Shown here: one piece after another, positions 61,709-64,000 of the stretch
How the letters are laid out: every line of letters begins with the position of its first letter
Numbering within the stretch: the first letter of the stretch is position 1
NCBI GenBank assembly: GCA_002104905.1
Contig: MCFE01000025.1
Coordinates: forward strand, 124,001 to 188,000
Length of the DNA: 64,000 nt
Source of the DNA: Basidiobolus meristosporus CBS 931.73
Lineage: Eukaryota > Fungi > Basidiobolomycota
Reading direction: 5' to 3'
Made by a program: the position numbers and the translations under genes
The notes under the pieces: generated by a model
The model's database searches: none
What the model saw: the letters and a program-made list of their open reading frames with translations, nothing else
What the model was told of the DNA's origin: nothing

Positions 61709-64000
61709 TGTTGTGAGAGATTTGCAGATATTGGAAGCTATTGGCTGAAGTTGCAGATTATGTGATTTTCACTTGAAAACTGATTGAATGTTGTCATAGT
61801 ATTGCTACTTTTACAAGGCTTTGATAAAACAACAAGTATATATGTTACAATTCTAATATCTCTCAAGAACATTTCTAAACTGTTGTAAGAGTTGTGGAGA
61901 TATTGGAAGTAATTGAGAGAACATGCATATTATATAGCTTTTGCTCAATGATTTATTGAATATAAACAAGGTGTATATACTTTTACATGATCTTGGCAAA
62001 ACAAATGCATAGAATAAGTCTACAAAGATCTCAAGAATATTTGTACAAAGTTTGGGGACTTGGTGTTGTCAGTGTTTTGGAGATATTGGAAGTGATAGGA
62101 CAGTAAGTGGATTATCTGGCTTTCACAAGATGATATAATGAATGTGAAAGTAGTATTTATATTTAACATGGTCTTGGCAAAACAAACATATAGAATATGC
62201 TTAGTAATGTTCCAAGTGCTGCAATATTCTGAGGAGTATTGGAAGTGATGTGGAGAACTAGAAGATTTACGTTATTCACTTGTAGATTTATTGATCAAAA
62301 GTATGGTATTTAGACTCTTGATGAAGTAAGACAAACAAACGTGTAGAGTTTGATCAGGAAGGTCCCAAGAGTATATGGGTCTTTTGGACAACTTTGAGAA
62401 AGGTCATAATCTGAGAACCTGATAATTTGGTGAAAATATTCCAAGTAAATCCCAAGAAGTTTGGTCAGAACTGAATGTTAATCACCAAACAAGATCTATG
62501 CAACTAGAACATGAGATTTCTCAAAGTTATCTAAACAGCCTCAAACTCTGCACACATGTTCTTGAGACTTTTCTAAGCATATTTTGCATGTTTGTTCTGC
62601 CAGGATCATATACAGGTATAAGTATTAATTTTGCATGATCTTGGCATAGAAACAAATAGAATAGGCTTAGGAAGGTCCTAAGAGCATGTGTGCAAAGTTT
62701 GGGGCTGTTTGGACAACTTTGACAATTTTCATGTTCTGGGTACCTGATATTTTAGTGAATATACTCTAGGTAGATCCCGACAAGGAATTTAATCAGTATT
62801 CTCTAGGATTAGAAGGTAATGATGTAAGTGACTAAGTTAGGTGAATATTTAGGTGAAAATCCGAATATTTACAACAAATACTACAACAAAATAAACCTCA
62901 ACAGAATACTTGACTGGAAAATAATTTGGCTTGTAGTCTCAGTCAAGTGTATATTAACATTTAGGTGCAAATACAAGATCACAGTGACAGGAGTCTCACT
63001 GTTGCGGCCACTACTGCCAACTTAAGACTTATCCAAACAGCTATATACTGCTGTAAGAGCTCTTGATGTGCTTGAAGTGATTGGGAGAGTGAGTCAATTT
63101 TGCAGTTTTCACTTGATGAATCATTGAATATAAAAGTTATATTTGTACTTGTACATAGGCTTATCGGGACAAACACATAGGATATGCAAAGGAAGGTCCT
63201 AAGAGCTTGTGTTTCAAGTTTGGGGCTATTTTGACAACTCATTAGCACTTCATGGCCATGGTGTGGCAAGATTCTGTTGTAAGAGTCTTAGAGATGTTGG
63301 GAGTGATTGAAAGAACAAGTAGATTATGTGAATTTCACTTATTGGTTTATTGAATGTACAAGTAGATTTTGTTGTAAGAGTCTTGGAGATATTGGAAGTG
63401 ATTGGGAGGACAAGTAGATTATGTGGTTTTCACTTAATGATTTATTGAATGTAAAAGTAGTATTTATACTTTTCATGATCTTGGCATTACAAACACAGAA
63501 TAGGCTAAGGAAGATCCCAAGAATATGTGTGCAACGTTTGGGGCTGTTTGGACAACTTTGAGACTTTTCATGTTCTGGGTAAATATTCCAAGTAAATCCC
63601 AACAAGGAATTTGGTCAGTATTCCCTAGGGTTTGAAGGTAATGATCTAAGTGACTAAGTTAGGTGAATATTTAGGTGCAATTATGAATTTTTACAACAGC
63701 TTATTACTATTATTGGTATAAACACTATTTAGCCTCATCTTCTCCCAGACAATATGTCACCTGGTCTGCCAAATAACTAGTGCATGAGATATTGAGAGTT
63801 GTAAGATTAGAGGTTTTTGGAATTCAGCTGATTTTATGATTGTATTCCACTGCCCTTTTGTTAATATTTTTTCTTAGGTGTGGTTTAGGTAAGTGCCAAA
63901 TATTTGTTGTAAGAGCCTTGGAGATATTGGAAGTGATTTGGAGAACAAGTAGATTATGTGGTTTTCACTTAATGATTTATTGAATGTAAAAGTAGTATTT
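61709..64000 (-). mobile_element. Stack of copia LTRs and LTR fragments (same family as 6971-7317 and 11666-12014)
   Basis: TG(T/C)TG LTR starts at 61709, 61881, 62064, 62217, 63049, 63275, 63370 and 63905. LTR ends TTACAACA at 62876 and 63698. An inverted fragment lies at 62511-62609. Confidence 0.9.
63370..63698 (-). repeat. Near-complete LTR with perfect 8-bp inverted termini
   Basis: TGTTGTAA...TTACAACA; no matching TSD (GATTT vs GCTTA). Confidence 0.85.

Overview
Eukaryotic genomic DNA from a fungus, most likely an early-diverging lineage (inferred from short 50-100 nt GT-AG introns with CTRAC-like branch points and the gene content). The window has three compartments. (1) 1-~12.6 kb is a CpG-depleted transposon graveyard. 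It holds a degenerate CACTA/En-Spm (Tnp2-type) transposase interrupted by a solo LTR with a GAAGG target-site duplication, and a rearranged, chimeric Ty1/copia element with both LTRs, a PBS and a PPT. (2) ~12.8-60.9 kb is a dense, CpG-rich island of about 25 genes, with a Na,K-ATPase-like (ACU-type) P-type ATPase paralogue at each end. Between them lie an Slt2-like MAPK, a GPI-type Cys/Ser-Thr protein, OCT1, RCF2, a PLA2-XII-like gene, COQ5, MDP1, SERF, YBEY, TRS23, SLP1, COX5, RRG7, an extended SPC19, ATE1, a D-box orphan, LSM2, a multi-KH protein, XRN1, a short EPL1-like gene, a beta-lactamase-fold membrane protein, an AIRIM-like gene, CDD1 and an IAH1-like gene. (3) ~61.6-64 kb is a CpG-depleted stack of the same copia LTR family. 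Best leads: Spc19 apparently fused to a winged-helix-like domain, with a frame-switching pair of 3' splice sites; two predicted pseudoenzymes (PLA2 His->Lys, SGNH Ser->Ala); a minimal EPL1 paralogue; a bacterial-looking beta-lactamase-fold gene with a 1-nt frameshift at the catalytic/anchor boundary; a D-box/CDK-site orphan; and a local cluster of mitochondrial respiratory genes. All gene models were read by eye. No database searches were run, so family calls rest on recognised motifs.
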